From the NCBI GenBank assembly GCA_963422735.1, contig OY730476.1, forward strand, positions 4,640,001 through 4,704,000: a stretch of DNA of 64,000 nt, in the 5' to 3' direction. Below the pieces are notes generated by a model. That model was not told the DNA's origin, did no database searches, and saw only the letters and a program-made list of their open reading frames with translations. Source of the DNA: Candidatus Latescibacterota bacterium. GTDB taxonomy: Bacteria > Latescibacterota > UBA2968 > UBA8231. The position numbers and the translations under genes are program-made. Positions 50,393 to 60,617 of this stretch are shown in pieces. Positions within the stretch are counted from its first letter, which is position 1, and each line of letters starts with the position of its first letter.

Positions 50393-50511
50393 GGGCCTGA
50401 GCCGCTTACTGGAACCGCTCAACGGCCGAGCCGATGCTTGAGCGGGGCGGCCTGCGATCATGGTCTGATTGACGAAGGGGAAATCCCGGATGTTTACCGG
50501 TGGCTTGCTTA

Positions 50512-50673
50512 GAGGCTCTAACCAAACGCCCGGCGTCGGTCCAAGCGCGAGCGAGCAAGGCCGGGGCCAAGGCACCCGACGAAGGGCCTATTGAACAATA
50601 GGCCGACCGAGGGGAACGCCGGCCCCGGCCGGCGCAGCCGCGCGACGCCAGCAGAGCGTTTGGTTAGAGCCTT
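50512..50673. mobile_element. 162-bp MITE, IS5-family (IS1031-like) ends
   Basis: 17-bp perfect TIR AGGCTCTAACCAAACGC / GCGTTTGGTTAGAGCCT, flanked by TTA on both sides; internally palindromic; no ORF. Confidence 0.75.
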
Positions 50674-51355
50674 TTAGTCTGGTTGAGGAGTTGGTGTGCC
50701 TGCCAGCGAGCCGACCAGCACCATCCCTTCGCGCAATGCCTGTTGCACAAAGGAATTGCCCTCCTCCAGCGCAGCCAGTTCCTTGCGCGTGTATGCTATC
50801 ACATCGAGGCCCACGCCTACATCCACTGGTCGATAGCGCACCATCCGTTCAAAAACGGCTCGGCACTGCGGCTGACGACGATTAGCAGATCCGCATCGCT
50901 GCCCGGCACTGCATCCCCTCGCGCCAGTGAATCGAACAGCACGATCAATTCGATTTCAGGATAGCGTTCACTCAGTGCGTTGGCGGCATTCTTGAGACGC
51001 TCTACGAGCTGGGGGCGGTCCAGCACAGAGCCGATGACTTGGCCGGCGTGGACAAGCACACGGGGCGCTCCTTGTGGATGCGAATTGGGGTAGCGAGCAG
51101 GGATATAGTGTTTGTCTAGCGCTTTGGCGGCGTCCAGCAGCCGCTCATTGGGCTGAGCGACTCGTATAGCAGGGTCGCAACCGAATGCCCCCAAGCCACG
51201 CCGCCCGCCTTCTCTATAACCGCTTTAACGGATTTTTCCGCGCCTTGTTGGGCGGCAAAGCAGGCCCACTCATAGTCGCCAGCGTCGAGCGAGCGGCGTC
51301 CGTGGCCCAAGTCTCGCTGGCCCTGCTTTAGCCAGTCGTCATGTCGGCTTACCAT
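50674..51355 (-). pseudogene. HEPN + minimal nucleotidyltransferase (MNT) toxin-antitoxin pair, degraded and fused by deletion
   Basis: HEPN: YEWACFAAQQGAEKSVKA...WGHS, LDKHYIPARYPN; MNT: LFDSLARGD..PGSDADLL, LDVIAYT; several frameshifts. Confidence 0.8.
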
Positions 51356-51431
51356 CTTAGCCCTCAATATTGCTCAATCTCGCTCGCTCAATGGCCTCGC
51401 CCCACGCTGGAGGGCTGCAGGTCTGGGTAGT

Positions 51432-52205
51432 CTAGACGCCGTGCGGGTTGGTGCGCAGGGTTTGGAGGTGGCCGGCGAGGACTTGCATGCCGTAGCGGAG
51501 GGCATTGCCGACGTTGAGGAAGCGATACCCCCAGCGAATCTTCTGTTGGATATGTTCTAATTCTGACAGCGTAGTGCCCACGGCGATCCCCGTGTCCGCT
51601 AGCTGTTGCGGCACGTCGCGCATGATTTTTTGCACTTGCCGCGACTCGGTATCGGTGATCGTTCCCACGGTCGCCGACAGGTCCAACGGCCCGACGAAAA
51701 GCACGTCGATGCCGGGCACGCGCTTGATTTCGTCCAAGTTGTCGTAGGCTCGCTGGCTTTCGAGTTGGAGGACGACGAGCGTCTCTTCATTGGCGGTTTT
51801 GATGACCTCGTTCCAGTCGGTGCCCGCGATTTGGGTCCACATGGGCGAGAGACCGCGCCGACCTTCGGGTGCGTAGCGGGCGGCCTCGACCGCGGCTGCC
51901 GCTTCTGCGGCCGTATCGACTTGCGGCACCATCACGGCCACTGCGCCGGCGTCATACGCTTTCTTGATCAGCGCAGGGTCGTTCCACGCGACGCGCACCA
52001 TGGGCGCGACGCCGCGCATCCGCGCCAGCACCAAGATCGAGTCGAGTGCTTCGGTGGCGTGGGGCATGTGTTCGGTGTCGGCCCAGAGGAAATCGGGGCC
52101 GGTGGCGATGACCGACCCGGCCACGTGTGGGGTGGGGGCCGGCAGGCTGGTACCGAGGACGATTTCGCCGCTTTGCAGACGCGCTTTTAGGTTGTTGGGA
52201 TACAT
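51432..52205 (-). CDS. HpcH/HpaI aldolase family protein
   Basis: DTEH, DAGA..VMVPQV, RYAPEGRRG, QLES, FVGPLDLS. Confidence 0.9.
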   Translation of the reverse strand: MYPNNLKARLQSGEIVLGTSLPAPTPHVAGSVIATGPDFLWADTEHMPHATEALDSILVLARMRGVAPMVRVAWNDPALIKKAYDAGAVAVMVPQVDTAAEAAAAVEAARYAPEGRRGLSPMWTQIAGTDWNEVIKTANEETLVVLQLESQRAYDNLDEIKRVPGIDVLFVGPLDLSATVGTITDTESRQVQKIMRDVPQQLADTGIAVGTTLSELEHIQQKIRWGYRFLNVGNALRYGMQVLAGHLQTLRTNPHGV

Positions 52206-52222
52206 GGATAGCTCCGTTGGAA

Positions 52223-53032
52223 TTAGCCGTACAGTGAATAGAGGATGACGCCGCCGAGCAGGATGCGATAAACGGCAAACGAGTAGGTGCCGTGACGCTG
52301 GAGGAAGCGGAGGAGGAGGCCAATAGACAGGTAGCCGCTAACCGCGGCGGCGAGGATCCCCAACCCCAAACTCACCAGCCCAGCACCGCCTAGGCCCTCC
52401 TCAAGCAGTGCGAATAGTTGCCAAAAGCCACTGGCACCAATAGCCGGCAGGCCGAGCAAAAAGGAGAAACGAGCAGCGTCTGTGCGCTGGAGACCCGCGA
52501 AAAGCCCGCCCATGATGGTTGAACCAGACCGAGAACACCCAGGAATCAGGGCGAGAGCTTGGCACAGGCCAATGAACTGAATTGACCAGAAGCCGAGGTC
52601 CGGCATGATGCGCTCGCGCCGCCCTATGCGCTCGGCCAGCATCAAGAACAGCGCGAGGACGATCAAGCTCGCGGCGATGAGGGGGAGCTGGCGGGCCTCG
52701 GTCTCGATAAAGTCGCGCGCCCCGAGGCCGAGCACGGCAATGGGCACGGTGCCGACGGCAATGGACCACGCCATGCGGCAGTCTGAGCTGTGGTTGAAGT
52801 TGCGGTGTATCACCCCTTGTAGCGCGGCGACGACCAGCCTTTTGACATCGGCCGTAAAGTACGCGAATACGGCCGCGAGCGTCCCTAGTTGGATCACCGC
52901 GGAAAACGCCGTGCCTGGATCGTCCCAGCCGAGGAAATGGGGCACCACCCTCAGGTGGGCTGTGCTGCTGATGGGCAGGAATTCGGTCAGACCTTGGACT
53001 AGGCCTAAAATGAGTGCTTGTAGCCAATGCAT
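52223..53032 (-). CDS. uppP: Undecaprenyl-diphosphate phosphatase
   Basis: QGLTEFLPISSTAH, PGCSRSGSTI, ARFSFLL; true start ATG 53032, the longer ORF is an antisense extension. Confidence 0.95.
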   Translation of the reverse strand: MHWLQALILGLVQGLTEFLPISSTAHLRVVPHFLGWDDPGTAFSAVIQLGTLAAVFAYFTADVKRLVVAALQGVIHRNFNHSSDCRMAWSIAVGTVPIAVLGLGARDFIETEARQLPLIAASLIVLALFLMLAERIGRRERIMPDLGFWSIQFIGLCQALALIPGCSRSGSTIMGGLFAGLQRTDAARFSFLLGLPAIGASGFWQLFALLEEGLGGAGLVSLGLGILAAAVSGYLSIGLLLRFLQRHGTYSFAVYRILLGGVILYSLYG

Positions 53033-53149
53033 GGAAGGGCTTAAGCTAACCGCCGTCGCTCGCCCGGACAAGGACGGTGCGCCCCTTGACAAAAACGCGG
53101 GCTGGTGTGCAGAATACCCCCTGATTTTCACCGACAACAAGGAGATTTT

Positions 53150-54349
53150 ATGCCTGTTCTGATTAAAGACGTCCAAACCATCCTCACCCAACCGGCCGGC
53201 TCCCGCTTGGTCATTGTCAAAATCATCACTTCGGACGATGGCCTGTACGGACTCGGTTGCGCGACCTTTACCCAGCGCTTCCACGCCGTGCATACTGCCA
53301 TCGAACAGCATCTCAAGCCCTTCCTCATCGGTCGCGACGTGGATCGCATTGAGGAGACTTGGCAGATGTTGATGGTCAACGGCTATTGGCGCAACGGCCC
53401 GGTACTCAACAACGCCATCTCTGGAGTCGATCAGGCGCTGTGGGACATCAAGGGCAAGCGGGCAGGGATGCCGCTCTATCAGCTTTTGGGCGGCATGTGC
53501 CGCGAAGGCGCGGCCGTGTACGGCCACGCGGGCGGCGAGACGCCCGAGGCCGTCGTCGATAGCATCCGCCAGTTCCAAGAGCAAGGTTATCGCTATATCC
53601 GCTGCCAGATGGGCGGCTACGGCGGCAAGGCATCGACCTTGGTCAAACCCGAGGGCGCGCCCGAAGGCGCGTATTACAACCGCAAAGAATACATGATGAA
53701 CCACCTGCGGATGTTTGAGCACATCCGCGCAGAATTGGGTTTTGAGGTGGAACTGCTGCACGACATCCACGAGCGGCTGCACCCGATTGAGGCGGTGGGC
53801 TTTGCCAAGGACGTGGAGGAATTCAAGCTGTTCTTCTTGGAGGACGCGCTCGCGCCCGAAGACATCGAGTGGTTTCGCCACATCCGCCAGCAGTGCGCCA
53901 CGCCGCAGGCCATGGGCGAATTGTTCAACCATCCGCACGAGTGGACGCCGCTCATCGAGGGGCGATTAATTGACTTTGTGCGCATGCACGTCAGCCAGAT
54001 GGGCGGGATCACGCCGGCGCGCAATGTCGCGGCTTTCGGGCAAATGTACGGGGTGCGCACGGCTTGGCACGGCCCGGGTGATACCTCACCGGTGGGGCAC
54101 GCGGCCAACCTGCACCTCGACCTGTGGGCACCTAACTTCGGGATTCAAGAGTGGTGCAGGTTCCCCAAGCACGTGTACGAGATGTTCCCGGGGCTGCCCG
54201 AGGTGCGCAACGGGTACATGTATCCGAGCGACGGGCCGGGATTGGGGATCGACATCGACGAGGACTTGGCGGCCAAGTACCCTTGTGCAGACGAGGTCAT
54301 TGGATGGACCCAGACGCGCTTGCCCGACGGGAGTCCGGCGCGGCCCTAA
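53150..54349 (+). CDS. Enolase-superfamily sugar-acid dehydratase, RspA/ManD (mannonate dehydratase)-like
   Basis: YWRNGPV, ALWDIKGK, LLHDIHE, FFLED, GELF, RTAWHGP, NFGIQE; TTGACA promoter-like site at 53086. Confidence 0.88.
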   Translation: MPVLIKDVQTILTQPAGSRLVIVKIITSDDGLYGLGCATFTQRFHAVHTAIEQHLKPFLIGRDVDRIEETWQMLMVNGYWRNGPVLNNAISGVDQALWDIKGKRAGMPLYQLLGGMCREGAAVYGHAGGETPEAVVDSIRQFQEQGYRYIRCQMGGYGGKASTLVKPEGAPEGAYYNRKEYMMNHLRMFEHIRAELGFEVELLHDIHERLHPIEAVGFAKDVEEFKLFFLEDALAPEDIEWFRHIRQQCATPQAMGELFNHPHEWTPLIEGRLIDFVRMHVSQMGGITPARNVAAFGQMYGVRTAWHGPGDTSPVGHAANLHLDLWAPNFGIQEWCRFPKHVYEMFPGLPEVRNGYMYPSDGPGLGIDIDEDLAAKYPCADEVIGWTQTRLPDGSPARP

Positions 54350-54350
54350 G

Positions 54351-55529
54351 ATGAAAATCCTAGTTTCCAATCTCGGCAGCACTTCGTTTAAGTACAAGGT
54401 TTTTTTCATGCCCGAGGAAGTGATTTTGGCGCGGGGCGGCATGGATCGGATCGGGGGCCAAGGCTCGGTCCACACCTTCCAGATCGGCGGAGCCGACGAG
54501 GTCGCGCAGGCCGTGGAACTGCCCGACCACGCCAGCGCGATTGACGAGGCCCTCGTGCGCTTGGCCGAGGGCGGGGTGTTGGCTTCTGTGGAGGAGCTAG
54601 ACGCCGTGGGGTTTAAGGCCGTCCACGCGCGCGCTATTTCCGGGGTGGTCGAACTCGACGAGGACATAGTGGGGCGGATGGAGGATTTTTATCCGCTGGC
54701 TCCGGCGCACAATCCCGCGTATGTGGCGGCGATTCGGCAGTTTGCGCGGGTGGCCCCCAAGGCGCGACGGGTCGGGTGCTTTGAGACGGCGTTCCACGGG
54801 GCGATGCCGCAGCGGCGCAAAATGTACGCGGTGCCCTACGCTTGGTATGAACAGTACGGCATCCAGCGCTACGGCTTTCACGGGGCCAGCCACCGCTATG
54901 CCGCTGAGAAGGTGGTGGAATTGGAGGGGCGCGCCGACCTCAAACACGTCAACATGCACTTGGGCGGCTCCTCGTCGCTGTGCGCGATAAAGGACGGAGT
55001 CTCGCAGGGGGCGTCGCACGGGCTCAGCCCGCAGGGCGGCCTGCCGCAAAACAACCGCATTGGCGACTTAGACCCGTATGCTCTCGACTTGGTGATGCGC
55101 AACGAGGGCCGACTGTGGGACGAGGTGTTGGCGCAGTGCGCCAACGAGGGCGGTCTGTTGGGGCTATGCGGGCACAGCGACATGCGCGACATTGAAGCGG
55201 GCGCGGAAAGCGGCGACGAGCGCTGTACTTTGGCCATAGCCGTGCTGGCGACATCAGTGCGCGACTGGCTGGGGGCTTTTGCAGTGGAGATGGGCGGGCT
55301 GGACGCGATCAGCTTTACCGGCGGCATTGGCGAATACTCGGCTGCCGTGCGCGGCCAAGTTCTGAGCGACTTGGAATTTCTGGGGGTGGTGATGGATGCG
55401 GCCAAAAACGCGGCCTTGCAAGGCGAGGGCAGTCTGCACGCCGCGTCGAGCCGAGTGCCTATTTACGTGTTGCACACCGACGAAGAGCTGGTGGTGGCGC
55501 GGCAGACGTGGGAGTTTTTGAGACCATGA
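54351..55529 (+). CDS. ackA: Acetate/propionate kinase
   Basis: NLGSTSFKY, LAPAHNP, FETAFH, YGFHGASH, HLGGSSS, FTGGIGE, TDEE. Confidence 0.9.
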   Translation: MKILVSNLGSTSFKYKVFFMPEEVILARGGMDRIGGQGSVHTFQIGGADEVAQAVELPDHASAIDEALVRLAEGGVLASVEELDAVGFKAVHARAISGVVELDEDIVGRMEDFYPLAPAHNPAYVAAIRQFARVAPKARRVGCFETAFHGAMPQRRKMYAVPYAWYEQYGIQRYGFHGASHRYAAEKVVELEGRADLKHVNMHLGGSSSLCAIKDGVSQGASHGLSPQGGLPQNNRIGDLDPYALDLVMRNEGRLWDEVLAQCANEGGLLGLCGHSDMRDIEAGAESGDERCTLAIAVLATSVRDWLGAFAVEMGGLDAISFTGGIGEYSAAVRGQVLSDLEFLGVVMDAAKNAALQGEGSLHAASSRVPIYVLHTDEELVVARQTWEFLRP

Positions 55530-56023
55530 ACACACCAACGATATTCGGGATCTGTCCGCCGGAAAAGGAACGGGTGCTCACCACGACCAAGACCGGCAAG
55601 ACCCGCGAGAAATGGGTCCGCCGTTACCGTGCAGCCCGGCCCGAGGACGACAACAGCGCCGAAAAGTTGCCGGAGTGGGAGATGCTAGACGTGGTGCCGA
55701 GCGAGAGAATCCCAGATGGCAACAAGACGACCGAACCGCATCGCTACGGGATGCCGTTGTGGCGCGATATGTTTTCGTCGCGGCAGCTTCTGTGCCACAG
55801 CACCAGCGTCGAAGTGTTCCGAGAAATGTTCAATGCATATCGGGCGACCGGCGCGCTGAGCGAGGTTCGGCAGGCGGCTTATGGGTACTTGGTGCTCTCA
55901 TTGGACAAAACGATTTCCTATAATAATCTCATGTGTCGCTGGGATGCGAATCGCGAAGTCATGGCTCAGATATTTGATCGTCACGACTTCTCCTTCAAAT
56001 GGTCCTATGCGGAGGCGCACTGA
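55526..56023 (+). pseudogene. Internal fragment of a DUF1156-type adenine DNA methyltransferase
   Basis: VPSERIPDGNKTTEPHRYGMPLWRDMFSSRQLL, FDRHDFSFKWSYAE; lacks both ends. Confidence 0.65.
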
Positions 56024-56584
56024 CCGTCTCGGCCAGGAGCATTCGATCATCCGCATTGTCAACTTGCACTACGAAGGCACGGTCGAAACCGACGTCGCAA
56101 TCGCATCGGTTTATTTGAGTCGGTGGTTGGACACTTACAGCCTATTCTGGCGCAAGTACCGCGCACCATTGCCGACGCGGTACTTGCGCGGCGCAGCAAT
56201 GTCGTCGAGATGATTGACCGACAGGTGGATGAGGCCCAAGCCGATGGCTTTGACCTTGATGCCGTGTTAAAAGAAGACGCCACTTTTCTGGAGCGTGCCC
56301 CGTCGCCGGTCGTGCTCGATGACCTCAACCGAGTAATCGCATCGCCCGACCTGATGCCGCCTCAAGTCGGTGTCCAGCCATTGGGATCCCGCGAATACGG
56401 CTTGTCGGTGCCGGGCGTACAAGAGCCCTTGCGGGTGACTACCGATCCTGGCTACTACGAAGAGCACGCGGAGAGCGTGGAGCTGTGGTCGCCGGGCAAT
56501 TTTTTGTTTTAGGCTCCCGAATCGGGGGCGAGGGTGGAATATTTTCCAGCCGACGAGACCTTGAAAGATATTCTCAACAGTTGA
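56024..56584 (+). pseudogene. C-terminal fragment of an SNF2-type helicase
   Basis: DRLGQEHSIIRIVNLHYEGTVETDV, then VVGHLQPILA...RVTTDPGYYEEHAESVELWSPG in another frame. Confidence 0.6.
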
Positions 56585-56651
56585 GACTATAGATATCTAG
56601 CGGTGAGATTGCGTTTTTTTTAGGATGCTTTTACAAACGAGGATGAACCCC

Positions 56652-57374
56652 ATGTTCGGAACTATTCGCAACCCGTCCGGCGAAGTGCTGGACTACACGT
56701 TCCACGCTGGTGCCGAGGGATCGCGGCACATCGCTGTCTTGGGGCACGGCGTGACGGGCAACAAGGATCGCCCCTTTGTCGCAGCGCTCGCCGAGGGCTT
56801 AGCTGCTGCTGGTATCCACGCGCTGCGCTTTTCCTTTGCCGGCAATGGCGCGTCCGAGGGCTGCTTTGCCGACGCGACGATCTCCAAAGAGGTCGCAGAC
56901 TTAGGCGCGGTGCTCAGTGCCTTGGACGGCTACTCGGTCTGCTATATCGGCCACAGCATGGGGGGGGCGGTCGGCGTCTTGCGCACTAGTCGCGACGAGC
57001 GCATCCGCCTGCTCGTCTCCCTAGCAGGCATGGTACATACTCACGCCTTTGCCGAACGCGAGTTCGGCGAGGAGGTGCCTGACGAGGGCTGCATGTGGGA
57101 CGAGCCAGACTGCCCGCTCTCTCGTGCCTATATGGACGACATGGCCCAGATCGACACTGTGGTGGAACGCGGGACCGAGATTGCCGTGCCTTGGTTGCTT
57201 ATCCACGGCAGCGAGGACGACGTGGTGCCGATTGCCGACTCGCACGACATCCTCGCCCAAGCCAGCGGCAATGCCGAACTCGTCGTCATCGACGGAGCTG
57301 ACCACGTCTTTAGCGAGCACTCGCAAGTAATGGTCGAAAAGGTCGTCGGTTGGCTACAGGAGCAGTGGGCATAA
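56652..57374 (+). CDS. Alpha/beta hydrolase
   Basis: HGVTG, GNGASEG, GHSMGG nucleophile elbow, HGSEDDVVP, GADHVF. Confidence 0.9.
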   Translation: MFGTIRNPSGEVLDYTFHAGAEGSRHIAVLGHGVTGNKDRPFVAALAEGLAAAGIHALRFSFAGNGASEGCFADATISKEVADLGAVLSALDGYSVCYIGHSMGGAVGVLRTSRDERIRLLVSLAGMVHTHAFAEREFGEEVPDEGCMWDEPDCPLSRAYMDDMAQIDTVVERGTEIAVPWLLIHGSEDDVVPIADSHDILAQASGNAELVVIDGADHVFSEHSQVMVEKVVGWLQEQWA

Positions 57375-57474
57375 ATCCCCGCAGGTTGCAGCCTACCAGA
57401 GATAGCGCTCAACTCCTATCTTTGGAGTGCGCCCGGCAATCCCGCCGGCCATGCACGTGCTGCCGATCTAAGCC

Positions 57475-60339
57475 ATGCAAAAGAAAACGCCGAGTCGCCT
57501 GAGTGCTCGCCAGCAACGAACCTTGCTGGCCGTGGTGGCCTTGGGCGTCTTCATGGTCGCCGATACGCTCTATTTGCTGACCAACCGGCTGGCCGACGCC
57601 CTCGATTTCGCCTATTTCGCCGTCACCGACATTTCCCTGCCCAAGTTTTACCAAGGCATGGTGCTGTCGCATACCGGCATCGGTCTGGTGCTGGTGGTCC
57701 TGGCGATGGGCTTTGTGGCTTGGCACTTACCGGCCGTGTGGCGCAAAAGCCGCAAGCGGGCCATTTACACCGGCATCGCCACCCTGACGCTGGGCATCTT
57801 ACTGGCTGTCAGCGGGCTGTTCATCCTCAGCGCAGCGAGCAACCGAGGCAACCCGGTGGCCTACTGGAGCCACGTGGCCGCGGCGGTTTTAGTTCCCCTC
57901 TTTTACTTAGCGCACCGCCGACTCTCGCTGTGGAAGCCCTCCGCACGGAGCTATCGCGTCGTGCCCGTAGCGGTAGTCGGGCTGTTGGCGCTAGCCGTGG
58001 TGCTACACGGGTTGACCTATAGCGGCGAGCAGTACACGCAGGCGGCCGAGCAGGCATTCGCCGCTGGCAAGCACACCGGCCCAGGTTCCAAGGCGCGGCA
58101 GGTCGCCGACTATGCGCCCGACGACTTTGTCCCCGCCAATTTTGTCCCCGCTGCAAGTCCCTTTTTCCCAGCGGCTACTACGACGACTACCGGCGACTTT
58201 TTGCCCTCGCGGATCATCACTCGCGGCGATCTTTCGCAGCCGGAAAAACTCGCCGGAGATCTCGCTGAGTACGGCTTCGTGGTCAACGAGCCGATTGGCT
58301 CGGAAACTTGCGCCCGTTGCCACGCGGCAATCGTCGAACAGTGGGCGACCTCGGCGCACCGCTTTGCCTCGTTCAACAACCCCTTCTACGAGGCGACGAT
58401 CAACCACATGCGCAGCAATTCGACCGAGAGCAACGCCGAGATCGCCGCCCATATCGCCTATGACAAGGGCTTGGCGGGCGAGGAAGGCAAAATCAAGTCC
58501 AAGTGGTGCTCGGGGTGCCACGACCCGGCGCTGATGCTGGCGGGCAAAATGACCGAAGAGATCGATCGCGCCTCGCCACAGGCCCAAGCCGGGCTGACCT
58601 GCCTAGGCTGCCACGCCATCGACGCAATTCACGACCAGACCGGCAACGGCAACTACAACATCGCCGACGAGCAGGAGGATCCCTATCTGTTCGCCGAGGC
58701 CAAAGAAGGCACTGGCCGCTTTTTGCACGACACCGCGCTGAAGGCGCGGCCCATCGTCCACAAGAAGCAGATGCTCAAGCCTTTCTTCCGCACCTCTGAG
58801 TTTTGCGCCACCTGCCACAAGGTCAGCCTCGACTCGCGCGTCAATGGCTACCGCTGGCTGCGCGGCCAAGACGAGTACGACAATTGGCACGACAGCGGCG
58901 TGGCACTCAACGCCTCTAGAACCTTCTATCTGCCGGCTGTCAAGCGGGTCTGCCAGGACTGCCACATGCCGCTGGAGGAAGCGGTCGCCGGCGATGTGTC
59001 GGCGCGAGATGGCTACGTCAAATCGCACCGCTTTTTGGCGGTCAACACGGCTCTGCCCTACATCCGCGGCGACGCGGAAACCATTGCGCGGATTGAGGAA
59101 TTTTTGCAAGACGAAAAACTCAGCGTCGATGTGTTCGCGCTGCACCACCAACAAGAAGCGCACTACGCGCTGGACAAGAGCCAGCCAGTGCTGGTGCGCG
59201 GCGGCGAGTACGCATTTGACGTGGTGGTGCGCAACAAGGGCGTTGGGCACACCTTCCCAGGCGGGACCAACGATTCCAACGAGGGCTGGCTAGAGGTCTC
59301 GGTGGTGGGCGACGACGACGCGGTGCTAGCTTTGAGCGGGGCGGTGCAAGACGACGGGCACGTCGATCTAGGGGCGCACTTTTACAAGGCACTGATGGTC
59401 GATGCAAAAGGCCAAGCCATCCACCGGCGCAACGCCCAAGACATCGTCACGGCCGTGTACGTGCGCACCATTGGCCCGGGTGCGGCGGACGTAGCCCACT
59501 ACAGCTTCCGGGTGCCCGCAGACTACGCGGGACGCAAGCTAACGCTGCGGGCGCGGCTGCTATGGCGCAAGTTCGACCGCATCTATGCGGAATTTGCCTT
59601 CAACACCAACCGCCAAGGTTTCCGCCGCTTCGACCAGGTGCCCCAGTTGCCGGTAACTGAGATCGCCCGCAGCGAAGTGGAGCTGGTGGTGGGAGGGCCG
59701 TCCGCGACGGGTGCGCCGGATGCGGGCGACTGGATGCGCTTCAACGACTATGGCATCGGCTTGTTGCTCCAGGATGATACCCAAGGTGCTGCGCGGGCCT
59801 TTGCGACTGTGGAACAGCTAGCACCCAAGCGCCTAGACGGCTGCCGCAACTTGGCTAGGGTTGCGGTGCGCGACGGGCACTTGGAGCGAGCCTACGAGCA
59901 TTTGGAAGACTGCGAGGCACTGGTGTCCGGCGACGGGCAGACAGCTTGGGTTTGGGGCGTGGTGTTGCAGGAGGACGGCCGCTACGAGGCCGCGGCGCAG
60001 GCCTATCGCCGAGTGTTGCGCGATTTTCCCGAGGATCGGGCTACGTGGCGCAACTTGGGACGAGTGCTCTACCTCGACGGCCGTTATGAGGAGGCCCTAG
60101 AGGCCCTCGATGGCGTGCTGGCCATCGATCCGGAGGACCGCGTCGCCCACTACCACCGGATGCTTTCGCTGCGCGCCCTCGGCCGCGAAGACGAGGCCCT
60201 AGTCGCCGAGCAGGCTTACCAGTACTATCAGATCGACGAGTCGGCTCAAGAGCTGACGCGCCGCTACCGGCTAGCGCATCCGCACGACAACCGCGAGGCG
60301 CTCAAAATCCACGTTCATCCGCTGGGGGAGGATGGTTAG
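57475..60339 (+). CDS. Membrane-anchored pentaheme c-type cytochrome (c554-like) with TPR repeats
   Basis: Five N-terminal hydrophobic helices; CxxCH x5 (CARCH, CSGCH, CLGCH, CATCH, CQDCH); C-terminal TPRs. Confidence 0.85.
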   Translation: MQKKTPSRLSARQQRTLLAVVALGVFMVADTLYLLTNRLADALDFAYFAVTDISLPKFYQGMVLSHTGIGLVLVVLAMGFVAWHLPAVWRKSRKRAIYTGIATLTLGILLAVSGLFILSAASNRGNPVAYWSHVAAAVLVPLFYLAHRRLSLWKPSARSYRVVPVAVVGLLALAVVLHGLTYSGEQYTQAAEQAFAAGKHTGPGSKARQVADYAPDDFVPANFVPAASPFFPAATTTTTGDFLPSRIITRGDLSQPEKLAGDLAEYGFVVNEPIGSETCARCHAAIVEQWATSAHRFASFNNPFYEATINHMRSNSTESNAEIAAHIAYDKGLAGEEGKIKSKWCSGCHDPALMLAGKMTEEIDRASPQAQAGLTCLGCHAIDAIHDQTGNGNYNIADEQEDPYLFAEAKEGTGRFLHDTALKARPIVHKKQMLKPFFRTSEFCATCHKVSLDSRVNGYRWLRGQDEYDNWHDSGVALNASRTFYLPAVKRVCQDCHMPLEEAVAGDVSARDGYVKSHRFLAVNTALPYIRGDAETIARIEEFLQDEKLSVDVFALHHQQEAHYALDKSQPVLVRGGEYAFDVVVRNKGVGHTFPGGTNDSNEGWLEVSVVGDDDAVLALSGAVQDDGHVDLGAHFYKALMVDAKGQAIHRRNAQDIVTAVYVRTIGPGAADVAHYSFRVPADYAGRKLTLRARLLWRKFDRIYAEFAFNTNRQGFRRFDQVPQLPVTEIARSEVELVVGGPSATGAPDAGDWMRFNDYGIGLLLQDDTQGAARAFATVEQLAPKRLDGCRNLARVAVRDGHLERAYEHLEDCEALVSGDGQTAWVWGVVLQEDGRYEAAAQAYRRVLRDFPEDRATWRNLGRVLYLDGRYEEALEALDGVLAIDPEDRVAHYHRMLSLRALGREDEALVAEQAYQYYQIDESAQELTRRYRLAHPHDNREALKIHVHPLGEDG

Positions 60340-60536
60340 GGGTTTGTCCGTTGAGGGCGAACGCGGAGGATTTCCTCCATGCCTAGGGCCCGCACTTGGT
60401 CGGCCTCTAGGGTGAGGATGGCTTGGTTGGGAAACTCCACTTCGCAAGCGGCCCCTCCATCGTGAATGAAGACCACGACTCCGACATCGCCGTCGGCTGT
60501 CAGAACAGCCCGTCGGTGTTCGGCTAGGGTATTCAT
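60336..60536 (-). pseudogene. DUF4926-domain protein, internally shortened
   Basis: EH.RAVLT|GDVGVVVFIHDGGAACEVEF...TLEADQVR; AAGGAG SD. Confidence 0.6.
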
Positions 60537-60539
60537 GGG

Positions 60540-60617
60540 CTAACTCCTTTGTGGAGCGGCCGTTACAAAACGCAGCGCGGTCTCGCCTTGGCGGACAAAC
60601 CATGCGGTGCGAAGATA
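60540..60617 (-). pseudogene. C-terminal remnant of a DUF6883-like protein
   Basis: YLRTAWFVRQGETALRFVTAAPQRS* resembles the 'RTxW...PRxVTAyP' end of the usual DUF4926 partner. Confidence 0.45.

Noticed and set aside
52223-53938. 571-aa ORF suggesting an N-terminally extended UppP
   Set aside because: The extension is the antisense of the RspA/ManD gene; UppP homology starts at 53032
57380-57450. REP-like fragments upstream of the cytochrome gene
   Set aside because: Weak pairing and no second copy in the window
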